A stretch of DNA of 64,000 nt from Candidatus Kapaibacterium sp. (GCA_025358765.1 JANYIG010000093.1:65355-129354); one strand, 5' to 3'. Shown: positions 9,284 through 19,689, numbered from the stretch's first letter. The notes: generated by a model not told the origin, from the sequence alone. Numbers and translations are program-made.

Positions 9284-10777
9284 ATGATTATGAAAAAGCT
9301 CATTCTTCTTTTTTCGTTGGTCTGCGGGTTAGTTGCGAGTGGTTGTAACTCGTTTCTGGACGTGAATACCAACCCGAATTATCCCGAAACGGCAGCTCCA
9401 TCGGCTATTTTGCCGGGTATCATCTCGAACGGCTCGCAGCAATACTTTTTGAGCGTAAATCAAAGCGGTTATTACGTCCAGCACCTCGGCGGACGGACAA
9501 TCAATAACGCAAAAGATCAATTTTTCTTGACCAACCTTGCAAGCCCGTTTAACGATACCTATTTCCGCACGACGGGCAACATCAAGCCTTTGATAGAAGC
9601 TGCAACGAAGGAAGGTTCTCCGTATTACGTGGGGGCCGGCAAAACGCTAATGGCACTCTGGATAGCGCATTTGACTGATTGCCACGGTGATATTCCGTAT
9701 TCCGACGCATTTAATGCAGCAGCGAACTACACGCCCAAATACGACACGCAGGAACAGATTTACGCGACGGTACAAAAGCTCTTGGACGAGGCGTTGGTGG
9801 AATTCAATAAACCTGCATCCAGTAATCTACGCCCTTTGAGCGACCGCGATGCGGATTTGTTCTTCGCCGGCGATGTGAGTAAATGGATAAAATTGGTGTA
9901 TTCGCTGCGGGCACGCCAACTCAATCATTTGTCCAAAAAATCCTCGTACAGCGCACAAGCAGTGCTGGCGGCGATTGATAACGGGATAAAAGCGAACAGC
10001 GACGATGCCCAATTGCAGTTTAATATTACGCAAGTAGCTCTTACAAATCCATGGGCTCCCGCACGTGCCAATGTGAACACGGCAACGTTTGGTCGGTACT
10101 TTATTAACATGCTCAATGGTACAACGTTGGGTGGTGGCATTGACCCCCGTCTGCAAATCATTGCTCCGGGTAATCGCGGTGGTGTTATCAATGGTTCTGG
10201 TGAGGCAACTACGCCGAGCCCGAATCGGACAGATTTTTATGGTGTGTATCTCACAACCAAAGTTCCACCGGAAGTTCCTGATACGTCCGGCTGGTACGCA
10301 CGTCCGGCTGGTGTGCAGCTTGTTTTCACAAACGCTGAAGTACGGTTTATCGAGGCAGAAGCCGCGTTCCGTTCGGGTGACAAAGGACGTGCCTATACAG
10401 CATACACAGCAGGTATCACGGCGCATTTGGTCAAACTTGGTGTGGCAGCGGCTGCTCAAACGGCGTATTTAGCGAGTGCTGCCGTTGCGAAAGATGCCTC
10501 GTCTCTAACATTGAAGAACATTATGCAGCAAAAATATATTGCCATGTTCCTGCATCCTGAAACATGGGTGGATATGCGCCGCATGGACTTCAGCGCCGAT
10601 ATTTATACGAATTTTCAACAGCCGACAAATCCAAATTCTGCGATGAAAGGACAGTTCCCGCGCCGCTTTTTGCCGGGTACCACAGAAAACCTGTACAACC
10701 CCGTTAATGCGAACAAGGAAGTCGCTGGAGCTGCGGATTACATAGGCTTGATTCCGGTATGGTGGGATAAACCGTAA
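9284..10777 (+). CDS. SusD/RagB-family nutrient-binding outer-membrane lipoprotein. The track ORF starts at 9215. The start is taken as M24 at 9284, where M24/M26 (9284/9290) immediately precede a lipoprotein signal.
   Basis: The lipobox is LVASGCNSF. The size (about 500 aa), position immediately after SusC, and the C-terminal WWDKP-type ending are typical of the SusD family. Confidence 0.8.
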   Translation: MIMKKLILLFSLVCGLVASGCNSFLDVNTNPNYPETAAPSAILPGIISNGSQQYFLSVNQSGYYVQHLGGRTINNAKDQFFLTNLASPFNDTYFRTTGNIKPLIEAATKEGSPYYVGAGKTLMALWIAHLTDCHGDIPYSDAFNAAANYTPKYDTQEQIYATVQKLLDEALVEFNKPASSNLRPLSDRDADLFFAGDVSKWIKLVYSLRARQLNHLSKKSSYSAQAVLAAIDNGIKANSDDAQLQFNITQVALTNPWAPARANVNTATFGRYFINMLNGTTLGGGIDPRLQIIAPGNRGGVINGSGEATTPSPNRTDFYGVYLTTKVPPEVPDTSGWYARPAGVQLVFTNAEVRFIEAEAAFRSGDKGRAYTAYTAGITAHLVKLGVAAAAQTAYLASAAVAKDASSLTLKNIMQQKYIAMFLHPETWVDMRRMDFSADIYTNFQQPTNPNSAMKGQFPRRFLPGTTENLYNPVNANKEVAGAADYIGLIPVWWDKP

Positions 10778-10816
10778 TACGTGACGATACTCTAACTTTT
10801 AACACTCAAAAAAACT

Positions 10817-11299
10817 ATGCAATATATTCATGTTATTCGCACCGCGTGTTTTGCGGGTCTCGTGGGATTGAGCCTCTTCGTGCTGTCTGCTTGTACGAAA
10901 GAAGTGGTGTCACCCGGACAAATCTCGGAAGATTATTTTCCAATTATCAATGGTAATGCATGGGTAACACCGTCAGCAGCCCAAGCAGCGGGCGCAAAAG
11001 TCGCTGTAGAAGTGCAGTATTTATCGTATTCTTCTATTAAAGAAGTAAGTGGCTTACAAGTAGCAACACGCCGCGTAGGTACGGCAACGGTGATAGACAC
11101 AACGCGCTTTTTCACTATGGCATATACACCAGCATTTTCGGCAACGAAGCAGTGTGATACGCTTTTGCTTATGTACAGCGTACCAGATTCGGCGGGACTC
11201 TCGCGCACGGGATTGACGAATGTACGGATTCTCGCACGAGTGCTTACGCAAAGCGGCGTTTACAAAGAACGTGCGTCAAATACATTTACGATTAAATAA
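10817..11299 (+). CDS. Small lipoprotein downstream of SusC/SusD (SusE/F-like position), function unknown
   Basis: 160 aa with the signal and lipobox VLSACTKE. It sits in the same orientation as the locus. Confidence 0.45.
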   Translation: MQYIHVIRTACFAGLVGLSLFVLSACTKEVVSPGQISEDYFPIINGNAWVTPSAAQAAGAKVAVEVQYLSYSSIKEVSGLQVATRRVGTATVIDTTRFFTMAYTPAFSATKQCDTLLLMYSVPDSAGLSRTGLTNVRILARVLTQSGVYKERASNTFTIK

Positions 11300-11430
11300 A
11301 AAAGCGATGGAATATGCTTCATAATTCGCATTAGCTTGATTGTTTTATTACATTCAAAAATATAGCGTTAGAAAAATTAAGTTAAAGTGATTTTTTAGTT
11401 GTGAAGATGTAATTCTTTTGTAAATTTGCC

Positions 11431-11470
11431 TTCATCTAAACCATATAAAGTTTTAGATGAGGGCTTTTTT
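11431..11470 (+). terminator. Rho-independent terminator-like hairpin with T-tract after the SusC/SusD/lipoprotein unit
   Basis: The hairpin is ttcatctaaaccatataaagttttagatgagggc, followed by tttttt. Confidence 0.5.
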
Positions 11471-11523
11471 ATGCTTTACATAAGGCTTGTATTGTAACGT
11501 ACTTCTTCGAGGACAGAATAGCA

Positions 11524-12804
11524 ATGATGGACATGATGACGACGATGCTTCGGCTTGTTCCGCGCGTTGTGCTTTCAATGGCGGTGCTTTCGATTTTCCT
11601 TTTTTCGTTTTGTTCCCGCAAAGGAGAAGAAACGAAACAACAGGACGTGCCAACCATTACCTTCTGGCATTTTCGGAGTGAGCCGTCGCAACGTGCTGCA
11701 TTGGACAAACTCATCGCTCGTTTTGAGCAGGAAAATAATTGTAAAGTCCATAGTGTTCCGCTCAGTTGGGGCAACGGCAAAACCAAACTTTTTGCAGCGT
11801 TTAACTCGAACACTGCGCCCGACGTGCTACATCTTGGTGCTGATTGGATAGCACAATTTTCCGCTGGTGGCGTTTTGCGAAACCTTTCCAACGACGGCAT
11901 CAAACTTGACAGATTCGTGCCGTTTGTTGCACCCCCAGCCTTGTTCAAGGGCAGTGTTTATGCGCTTCCGTGGATTGTGGATACGCGAGTGATGTTTTAT
12001 AACAAAGATTTGCTCAAAAATGTCGGCGTTACAAAAACTCCCATGACGTTTACCGATGTGATGAACGCCTGCGAAAAAATCCGCGAGGCGAGTAGTGACG
12101 GCGTGTATGGATTTGGTGTGAACGGTGCGGACGAACACCGATTGTACAAAAAAATCCTGTCATTTTTTTGGAGTTCCGGCGGCGATGTGTTCGATGCAAG
12201 CGGTAAACCGATTATCAACAGCGCCGAAAACATCAAAGCCTTAGAAGCGTACATAGCGCTTGCACGGTGTGGTTTTGTTGAGACACAGCGCCAGTTAGAC
12301 AATATGTTTATTCAGGGGAAACTTGGTTTTGTGGTAACGGGAAGTTGGCTCTTAGACCAAATTAAGCGCGATAACGCCAAATTGAATTATGGAACGGCAC
12401 TTGTTCCGGGGCTGGCTGGCAAACAGAGTGTGTCGTTTGCAGGGGCGGATTATGTAGCGGTAAATGCGAAATCGTCGAATGCAGAGCTTGCCAAAAAATT
12501 TGCGCTGTTTATGACGAACGGTAAAAATACCTTAGAATTTTGCAAAGCGTTTAGTGAAGCGGGGTTTCCAGCGGATAAGAAGTTTGTGAACGATGAGTAT
12601 TTTGCCACCGTACCGCACCGTGACACGTTTTCGCAACAGCTTTTGAGTTCCAAAATGCCACCGGTGCATCCGCAGTGGCTCGACATCGAACATATTATCG
12701 AAGAAGCAACCGTAGAAGCGCTGCTTGGTAAAAAAACAGCGCAACAAGCACTTGACGACGCACAATGGCAGTTGACGGGAATCGTCTCTAAGCGACCAAC
12801 ATGA
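11524..12804 (+). CDS. Extracellular solute-binding protein (ABC-transporter substrate-binding, family 1, sugar-type) lipoprotein
   Basis: 426 aa. The N-terminal signal is followed by a Cys (FSFCSRK). The overall size and pattern fit SBP family 1. No permease or ATPase genes are adjacent. Confidence 0.65.
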   Translation: MMDMMTTMLRLVPRVVLSMAVLSIFLFSFCSRKGEETKQQDVPTITFWHFRSEPSQRAALDKLIARFEQENNCKVHSVPLSWGNGKTKLFAAFNSNTAPDVLHLGADWIAQFSAGGVLRNLSNDGIKLDRFVPFVAPPALFKGSVYALPWIVDTRVMFYNKDLLKNVGVTKTPMTFTDVMNACEKIREASSDGVYGFGVNGADEHRLYKKILSFFWSSGGDVFDASGKPIINSAENIKALEAYIALARCGFVETQRQLDNMFIQGKLGFVVTGSWLLDQIKRDNAKLNYGTALVPGLAGKQSVSFAGADYVAVNAKSSNAELAKKFALFMTNGKNTLEFCKAFSEAGFPADKKFVNDEYFATVPHRDTFSQQLLSSKMPPVHPQWLDIEHIIEEATVEALLGKKTAQQALDDAQWQLTGIVSKRPT

Positions 12805-12853
12805 TAAATTGATCATGTATTTGCAAATAAAACCAGCCCTAAAAACACGAACT

Positions 12854-14155
12854 ATGAGTACAATTCTCTCGCCTAAGTCACCCAAAACAGGCATCCTTCC
12901 CATTACGCAGCACACGCTGGCGAACGGTTTGCGCGTGGTCGTGATTCCCAAATTCACTGCACCTGTCGTGGCGGTTGCCGTCACTTATCAAGTGGGTTCA
13001 TACTCTGAATCGCCTGACAATACTGGCTTTGCACACTTTTTTGAGCATTTGATGTTTGAAGGCTCTGAAAACGTGGCACACGGCATGTTCGACAAATATT
13101 GTACCGAGGCGGGCGGTGACAACAATGCTTACACGACTTACGACAAAACAACGTATTACATGACGCTCCCGGCGCACCAGTTGGAGCTTGCGCTCTGGCT
13201 TGAGGCTGACCGTATGGCGGCGTTTGGCGTTACGCAAGAGGCGTTAGATGTTCAACGAAATGTTGTGCTGGAAGAAATAAACCAAAACGTGGAGAACTCG
13301 CCCTACGGCACGTTTTCGCGGGTGCAAAACCGCCTTGCGTTTGCGCCGGAAGCGGGCTACCACTGGGAAGTCTATGGCGATCCGGCGCATATTGCCGCTT
13401 CGACGCTTGCGGATGTGCAGAATTTTTTTACGGATTTTTATCGCCCTGACAATGCGTGTTTGGTGGTGTGTGGCGCGGTGCAGCCAGAAGCCGCGTTGGA
13501 ACTTGTTCAGAAGTATTTTAACAGCATTCAAGCAGGTGCTTCGCCTGTTCGTCGCAAAAACTTCCAATCGGAATATCGTTATACGGGCGGGCGGTACCAG
13601 CGTGTGGAAGATGCTATCCCTACTAATACGCTATTTCTGTCGTTTCACGGCGAGGGCTATATCAACGATGAGGTCAATGCTGCGGAAATCCTTTCGAGCA
13701 TCCTTTCCGACGGCATCAGCTCCCGTCTTTATAAAGCATTGGCGTACGAGCAGCAAATCGCCTCCGAAATCAACTGTTATCTCGACGACCGCCAATTTAC
13801 CTCGCTTTTCACCATTTACACCATTGCCAACGGCGACGGAATCACCTGCGAAGCGCTGTATGACGGCGTATATGCGGTGTTGAGCGACATAGCTGCAAAA
13901 GGCGTGACACCGCAAGAAATGGCAAAAGCTCAGAACCGACTTACCACAAGACTTGCGCGAACGCTCCAACGCGCCAACGGTATTGCAGATGAAGCAGCGC
14001 ACCAAACGCTCTTTTTCGGCGACCCAAACCGTACGTTCACGCTGATGGATGGTTACAACGCCGTCACTGCTGATGCTGTACAAGCATTAGCGCAGAAACT
14101 CTTTACGAAGGAAAATGAAATTCGGATAGATTTTGTGCCGAAGACAAGCGCGTAA
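12854..14155 (+). CDS. M16-family (pitrilysin/insulinase-like) zinc peptidase
   Basis: The HxxEH zinc motif (HFFEHLMFEGSEN) is present. The N-terminus (LANGLRVVVIP) is typical of M16. The track ORF begins at a TTG at 12809. The ATG at 12854 (MSTILSPK...) is preferred. Confidence 0.85.
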   Translation: MSTILSPKSPKTGILPITQHTLANGLRVVVIPKFTAPVVAVAVTYQVGSYSESPDNTGFAHFFEHLMFEGSENVAHGMFDKYCTEAGGDNNAYTTYDKTTYYMTLPAHQLELALWLEADRMAAFGVTQEALDVQRNVVLEEINQNVENSPYGTFSRVQNRLAFAPEAGYHWEVYGDPAHIAASTLADVQNFFTDFYRPDNACLVVCGAVQPEAALELVQKYFNSIQAGASPVRRKNFQSEYRYTGGRYQRVEDAIPTNTLFLSFHGEGYINDEVNAAEILSSILSDGISSRLYKALAYEQQIASEINCYLDDRQFTSLFTIYTIANGDGITCEALYDGVYAVLSDIAAKGVTPQEMAKAQNRLTTRLARTLQRANGIADEAAHQTLFFGDPNRTFTLMDGYNAVTADAVQALAQKLFTKENEIRIDFVPKTSA

Positions 14156-14179
14156 GAATCTATATGCCTGAACACGTTA

Positions 14180-14326
14180 GTACCGAACGGATTTGAGCGC
14201 AGAGGCTGACGGAAACCGTCAAGAGAGCGCAGAGAATCTAAAAAGAGAAGGCTACATTATATTCTCAAACTCTCCCCACGTGGTACGTGGCTCCCTGACT
14301 CTGCGCTCATTGTACCGCAAAGCGTT
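14180..14326. repeat. Intergenic GCGCAGAG-type repeat element, short (147 bp) version, in inverted orientation relative to 23125..23377
   Basis: Positions 14180-14239 are the reverse complement of 23318-23377. Positions 14271-14326 are the reverse complement of 23125-23186. Both elements begin with GTACCGAACG. Confidence 0.7.
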
Positions 14327-14352
14327 AGGGACTGAAGTCTGAGTACAAAAAC

Positions 14353-15048
14353 TTATTCGCCCAACAAGTCAGGACGGCGCTTACGGGTTTTTTGAAGCGC
14401 TTGTTCTTCGCGCCATTGGATGATAAGTTTGTGATTCCCGCCTTGCAGCACCTCCGGTACGCCTATGCCGCGAAACTCTGCGGGGCGCGTGTAATCGGGC
14501 GGCGCAAGCAATCCGTCTTGGAATGAATCTGTCAATGCCGACTCCATGTCACTCATGGCTCCGGGCAACAGCCGCACAATTGCGTCGGTCAGCACCAGTG
14601 CCGGAAGCTCTCCGCCCGTCAGAACGTAATCGCCAATCGAAATTTCCCGCGTCACTAGCATATCCCGAATGCGCTGGTCAATGCCTTTGTAATGTCCTGC
14701 GAGCAAAATGAGATTGGACTTCAAGGAGCATTCGTTGGCAATGGTTTGCGTGAGTTGTTCGCCATCGGGCGTGAGGAAAATAATCTCGTCATAACATCGT
14801 TCCGCCTGCAATACATCTACGCAGGCAAAAACGGGTTCACATTTCAACACCATACCCGCTCCGCCACCAAATGGCTCGTCGTCAATTTGCCGATAGCGCC
14901 CAACGCCATAATCGTGCAAATTGTGAACATGGATTGCTACTGAACCAGCGTCCTGAGCGCGTTTAAGAATGCTTTCCCCCAACACTGACGTGAGTAGCTG
15001 CGGTACGGCGGTGATGATGTCTATCCGTAACCATGATTTGGTTGGCAT
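14353..15048 (-). CDS. trmD: tRNA (guanine37-N1)-methyltransferase
   Basis: 231 aa. The SPOUT-fold TrmD pattern is present ([34 protein letters not shown]). It lies immediately downstream of rimM, with a 1-bp overlap, as in the conserved operon. Confidence 0.9.
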   Translation of the reverse strand: MPTKSWLRIDIITAVPQLLTSVLGESILKRAQDAGSVAIHVHNLHDYGVGRYRQIDDEPFGGGAGMVLKCEPVFACVDVLQAERCYDEIIFLTPDGEQLTQTIANECSLKSNLILLAGHYKGIDQRIRDMLVTREISIGDYVLTGGELPALVLTDAIVRLLPGAMSDMESALTDSFQDGLLAPPDYTRPAEFRGIGVPEVLQGGNHKLIIQWREEQALQKTRKRRPDLLGE

Positions 15049-15620
15049 TATTCCTCCTCTTCATTATCATTCTCATCATTTGGCGTATCGTCCACCAATT
15101 CTAACAAGCCTTCCATCACGAAAATTTCAATCGTTTTGGTTGCGATATCCACTATTTTTACAATCGCGTCCACTGCTGGAATAGGAAGCTCCTTGCCGTT
15201 GTAATCCACCACCCACACGTCGTTTGCGGGCATATACCACACTTCTACGACTTTACCAAGCACGGCTTTCGTCTCCACATTCAATACTACGCATCCGATA
15301 AGGTCATCCTCGAAATACTCCGTGCCGCTTTGTTCGCGCACTAAAGTTTCGTCCGCAAAAACACCCATTTCTGTCAGCTTCTGTGCGGCTTCGGGCGTTG
15401 TGATGCCAATGAGCGAAAGTGCGAATCTACCCGAACCAAATGTTTGGCAATCCCGTACCACGTACGGTCGCGCAAATGCTTGTGTGTAGCCTACGTGGAT
15501 GCTCGCACCTTTCGGCACACCTTTAAAACGCGGTGTCACATCGCCCAAAACGACGCAACCATCTGTTCGTTGGGTTTTTATGATTGTTCCGATGTACTTT
15601 AGATTCATATTTTTTATCAT
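15048..15620 (-). CDS. rimM: Ribosome maturation factor RimM
   Basis: 190 aa. Its size and position directly upstream of trmD fit RimM. The C-terminal acidic tail is atypical but tolerated. Confidence 0.7.
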   Translation of the reverse strand: MIKNMNLKYIGTIIKTQRTDGCVVLGDVTPRFKGVPKGASIHVGYTQAFARPYVVRDCQTFGSGRFALSLIGITTPEAAQKLTEMGVFADETLVREQSGTEYFEDDLIGCVVLNVETKAVLGKVVEVWYMPANDVWVVDYNGKELPIPAVDAIVKIVDIATKTIEIFVMEGLLELVDDTPNDENDNEEEE

Positions 15621-15805
15621 TAGAACCTAACTCATTACGATGAAATTGAGCGCAGAGGCAAAGAGAACGCGGAGTTTTGGAAATGAAATTTAAGGTTCTC
15701 TATTCATATATTCTTGATTCTCTGAACCCTCTCAAGCCTCTGTGGTCAAATCTGTTAGGTAGCAAGATTCACCGACCCAAAACGGGTTTCATTATTTCCG
15801 AACAC

Positions 15806-16693
15806 TTATCGTCGCTGCCCAAGCAACAACGCCGTCATTACGAATGCTGTCCCCGCTACGGTGTACATGCTGAACGGTTCACCTAACAACAGTGTTGCGT
15901 AGATAAAACCAAAAATTGGACAAAGAAAAAGCCATATTGAAGCACGAACCGCGTCAATTTTGAGCAGATGCAGCCATAACTGAACAGCGCCGATAGACAC
16001 TGGCAGCACTAACCACGCGATAGACAGCCAAAATTGAATATTGAACTGCGTGACAACATTTTGATTGTGCAGTATCACAGCAAGCGGTAGCAGCATTACG
16101 CCGCCAATCAAGGTCTGCCAGCCGTTCACCACCAGTCGAGGTAACGACCATTTCACCGACGAATAATACACCGTGCCAAGTGAATATGCAATCATGCTGC
16201 CCGCCAGCAACAGTAATCCACCAACAGAAGCATAGCTTGTTTGCAATAGCGGATATGCTGCAATGCCCACACCCGCCATACCAAGCGCAATCGTTACCCA
16301 TTCTTTCGCACGGATACGGCGTTTTGCGAACCACGACGAAAAAAGGCTAATCAGCAAAGGATTTAATGCGATGGAAAGCGAGGTGATGCCGGCTGCGACG
16401 AAGCGCAATGCCACTACGAACAAACCCAAATACAATGCGGTGTTGAGCAACGAAAAGAGTGCTATCTGTCGCCATTCCTGTGTTTTGGGTAGGCGCTCTC
16501 GCTGTATGCCGTGTGTGTACACCAGTAACAGAGCGCCTGCCACAAAAAATCGAATGTCAAATAACACAAGCGGTTCGGCAAATCGCAATCCAAATTTCCC
16601 GGCGGTCGAGGCTGATGCCCACAGCATGGAAAATATCAACCCTTCGGCTATCGTTCGCGTCGAAAATGCTGCCGTTTCGTTATTGTTCGTCAC
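15806..16693 (-). CDS. EamA/DMT-superfamily transporter
   Basis: 295 aa with about 10 predicted TM helices and two repeated halves. Confidence 0.65.
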   Translation of the reverse strand: MTNNNETAAFSTRTIAEGLIFSMLWASASTAGKFGLRFAEPLVLFDIRFFVAGALLLVYTHGIQRERLPKTQEWRQIALFSLLNTALYLGLFVVALRFVAAGITSLSIALNPLLISLFSSWFAKRRIRAKEWVTIALGMAGVGIAAYPLLQTSYASVGGLLLLAGSMIAYSLGTVYYSSVKWSLPRLVVNGWQTLIGGVMLLPLAVILHNQNVVTQFNIQFWLSIAWLVLPVSIGAVQLWLHLLKIDAVRASIWLFLCPIFGFIYATLLLGEPFSMYTVAGTAFVMTALLLGQRR

Positions 16694-16759
16694 AAATTCT
16701 CTCCATTTATTGCTTCAAATTCTGTGCATGTCGCACCGTATCTTGAGCATAGTATTCTG

Positions 16760-17656
16760 TCAAAATTTTAACCCATACCATACCACATCCGGCAGTATCC
16801 GCACCGCCGGCGCGGGAAGATGATAAAAATTAAAATTGTGCTTGAGCAGATTGCAAAACCAGCCGCAATCCGGCAGAGCGTCAAGGTTCCAGTCCAAGCC
16901 TATGTAGAGTTCGTGCTGACCACCGCCCAAACCATCCAAATTCCGTACGGAATGCCCAACGGCAATATTCACCCACGCTGGATACCAGTTTTGAAGCGGT
17001 TCGGGAAGGAGGTTGTGAACATTGACGCTCAACCAATCAAACGTGCTTTCGTAGTCGTCAATGATGAAGCCGAATTGTCCGGCGCGATATTTTTCGGACG
17101 GGTAATAACTGATTTTGAAAGTGAAATTTCGCAAAAATGGTACACTGCGCTGCAAAAGCGGATAGCCCGCTCCCAACACATCTGCCGCAAAATCGCCCCA
17201 ACTGAAACCGTAATGCGAGAAGCCATCACGTATCTCGGCGTATGTCTGGAAGCTCACGCCAATTGCCGCCCCCAACCAAAAACTGGTCGTCGTATCTACT
17301 CCTGCCCATTGGAACGCCTGCCCGTAGAGGTTCGTGAGCAGATAAGGCGTGTAAAAATGCCCGAATTTATCCGCGTTCAAAGCGTAGAGGTAATCGTCAT
17401 CGTTGTTGAAGTGGAACGGCTCCGGATAGTCTCGCCACCACGCTTTCGTGAGAATCACATTCGTGTAAACGAACGCCCCGACCGAAATGCCGCCAATGAT
17501 GCTGAGTTTAAGGGCATCAAGGCGTGTGCTATCTTCAAGGCTTGTGATAGCACTTGTTACAGAGCCGCGTTCAGCAGTGGAATCAAGAACTGCCGCCGCG
17601 TTTCCGCTTGTGATTGCAACAAACAGAAAAACGACAACAACGGCACTATGCCTCAT
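16760..17656 (-). CDS. Secreted DUF2279-like protein, a paralog of 56966..57913
   Basis: A signal peptide is present. The C-terminal third aligns clearly with the paralog (SVNVHNLLPEPLQNWYPAWVNIAVGHSVRN versus SINVHNLLPEPLQQWYPSWLNIAVGYAARN; LPAPAVRILPDV versus LPAPAIEFSPNH). The family name is from memory. Confidence 0.6.
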   Translation of the reverse strand: MRHSAVVVVFLFVAITSGNAAAVLDSTAERGSVTSAITSLEDSTRLDALKLSIIGGISVGAFVYTNVILTKAWWRDYPEPFHFNNDDDYLYALNADKFGHFYTPYLLTNLYGQAFQWAGVDTTTSFWLGAAIGVSFQTYAEIRDGFSHYGFSWGDFAADVLGAGYPLLQRSVPFLRNFTFKISYYPSEKYRAGQFGFIIDDYESTFDWLSVNVHNLLPEPLQNWYPAWVNIAVGHSVRNLDGLGGGQHELYIGLDWNLDALPDCGWFCNLLKHNFNFYHLPAPAVRILPDVVWYGLKF

Positions 17657-17660
17657 TATG

Positions 17661-19595
17661 TTATTCCTCTAAGTACGTGTAGCCGAACAGTCCCGAACGG
17701 TACATCTCCAGAAATTCCTTGCCCTGCGTAAGGCTGATCTTCTTCTCTTTCACCGATGTGCTGACCCATTTTTCCATCGTGCGAACAAGTTTTTTTGGGT
17801 TGAATTGCACGTATTCTAACACGTCCGCAACCGTTTCGCCTTCGATGATTTGGTCAAACTCGTAGCCGCCGTCTTTGTTGATAACGACGTGAACAGCGTT
17901 TGTGTCGCCAAAAAGATTATGTAAATCGCCCAAAATCTCCTGATACGCGCCAACAAGAAATACGGCTATGTAGTACGGCTCATCTTCTTTGAGCGGATGC
18001 ACTGGCAGGAACGAGGGATAGTCATACATGCCGATAAACTTCTCGATTTTGCCATCGGAATCGCATGTCACATCCTGCAACGTGGCTTCCTGCGTGGGGC
18101 GTTCATTCAAGCGGTGAATCGGCATAATCGGGAACATTTGGTCAATTGCCCACGCATCCGGCAACGACTGGAATAGCGAAAAATTGCAAAAATACTTGTC
18201 GGCAAGGATTTTCGGGAGTTGGTCAAGTTCGTCGGGAATATTTTTCATCTTCGCCGAAAGTTTCCGTACGCTGCGGGCAATCGTCCAAAACAGGCGTTCC
18301 GCCTTTGCACGAGTGGGAATATCCAAAATACCAAGGCTAAACAAGTTTAATGCTTCTTCCTTCATCTGCTGCGCGTCGTGCCAGCCTTCAATCATTGTGC
18401 GCGGCGACATTGTGGTGTGAATCGAGTACAAATCTTGCACGATTTGATGGTCGGTTTCCGTCACTTTATTTTTATCGTCGTCCCAGACTGGCAAACTCGT
18501 AGCCTCAAGAACATTCAGCACAAGCACGGAATGATGCGCTGTGAGTGCTCGCCCTGACTCCGTAATCAAATTCGGATGTGGGAGTTTGTGTTTTGTGCAG
18601 GCATCGCACAGCATATACACTGCGTCGTCGGCGTATTCTTGCATGGAATAATTCATGCTGTTTGCCGCAAGCGAGTTCGTACCGTCGTAATCCACGCCCA
18701 ATCCCCCGCCGATGTCCACGAATTCTACGTCGCAGCCCATACCGCGCAGCTGCACATAAAAGTGGGCAACCTCGCGTAATCCAGCTTTAATACGGCGAAT
18801 GTTCGTAATCTGGCTGCCAAGGTGAAAATGAATGAGCTTTATGCAATCCAGCATATTGTTGTCACGGGCGTACTCAATGGCTTCCAAAAGTTCGCTGGCG
18901 TTTAGCCCAAATTTGCTTTGGTCGCCGCCAGATTCTTCCCATTTACCAGAGCCAGAATTTGTGAGTTTGATGCGGATACCAATGTTTGGGCGAACTTTAT
19001 TGCGGTCGGCAACGGTTTTGATGAGCTTCAGTTCATTCATTTTTTCGACCACAAGGAAAATACGCTTGCCCATTTTTTGCGCGAGTAACGCAAGTTCGAT
19101 GAATTCTTCATCTTTATAGCCGTTGCAGACAATAACAGCATCAGGATTATCCATAATCGCCAATACTGCCTGAAGCTCAGGTTTGGAGCCAGCTTCAAGT
19201 CCAATGTCGAACTCCCGCCCGTAGCGTACAATTTCTTCTACAACGTGGCGCTGTTGGTTGACCTTTATCGGATACACCCCGTGATATTTACCCTGAAAGC
19301 CGTATTCTTGCGCGGCGTGCGCGAAACAACCGGAAATCTGGGCTATGCGGTCGGCGATAATATCCGAAAACCGCACCAGCACGGGCAACGAAAGGTCTTT
19401 TAAAATCAATTCGTCAATAATCTCCTTCAAATCAACCGCAACGCCGATATCGTGGCGCGGATTAACGGTCATATTGCCTTGCTCGTTGATGCCGAAATAT
19501 CCGGCACCCCAACCGCTAACGTTGTAAAGTTCGTAGGAATCCTCAGAAGACCATGCTCGCATTGTGTTCAAGGAAAGAAAGTGGAAAATGTACAA
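17661..19595 (-). CDS. speA: Biosynthetic arginine decarboxylase
   Basis: 644 aa. The family signature HFHLGSQ is present. The length and overall pattern fit SpeA. Confidence 0.9.
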   Translation of the reverse strand: MYIFHFLSLNTMRAWSSEDSYELYNVSGWGAGYFGINEQGNMTVNPRHDIGVAVDLKEIIDELILKDLSLPVLVRFSDIIADRIAQISGCFAHAAQEYGFQGKYHGVYPIKVNQQRHVVEEIVRYGREFDIGLEAGSKPELQAVLAIMDNPDAVIVCNGYKDEEFIELALLAQKMGKRIFLVVEKMNELKLIKTVADRNKVRPNIGIRIKLTNSGSGKWEESGGDQSKFGLNASELLEAIEYARDNNMLDCIKLIHFHLGSQITNIRRIKAGLREVAHFYVQLRGMGCDVEFVDIGGGLGVDYDGTNSLAANSMNYSMQEYADDAVYMLCDACTKHKLPHPNLITESGRALTAHHSVLVLNVLEATSLPVWDDDKNKVTETDHQIVQDLYSIHTTMSPRTMIEGWHDAQQMKEEALNLFSLGILDIPTRAKAERLFWTIARSVRKLSAKMKNIPDELDQLPKILADKYFCNFSLFQSLPDAWAIDQMFPIMPIHRLNERPTQEATLQDVTCDSDGKIEKFIGMYDYPSFLPVHPLKEDEPYYIAVFLVGAYQEILGDLHNLFGDTNAVHVVINKDGGYEFDQIIEGETVADVLEYVQFNPKKLVRTMEKWVSTSVKEKKISLTQGKEFLEMYRSGLFGYTYLEE

Positions 19596-19689
19596 TTGTT
19601 ACGAAGTTTTTGAGCAGCGAAATTAGCGAATAAATTTCGATTTTGAAGGGTATTTCGATAATTTTACACGGGGGAGAAGTCGAAAAGAG

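Noticed and set aside
9827-10459. 210-aa minus-strand ORF within the SusD-like gene
   Set aside because: It is a shadow ORF with Cys/Arg-rich composition and no motif.
16820-17731. 303-aa plus-strand ORF antisense to the DUF2279-like gene
   Set aside because: The minus-strand product has a signal peptide and a clear paralog (56966..57913). The plus-strand product has no features.
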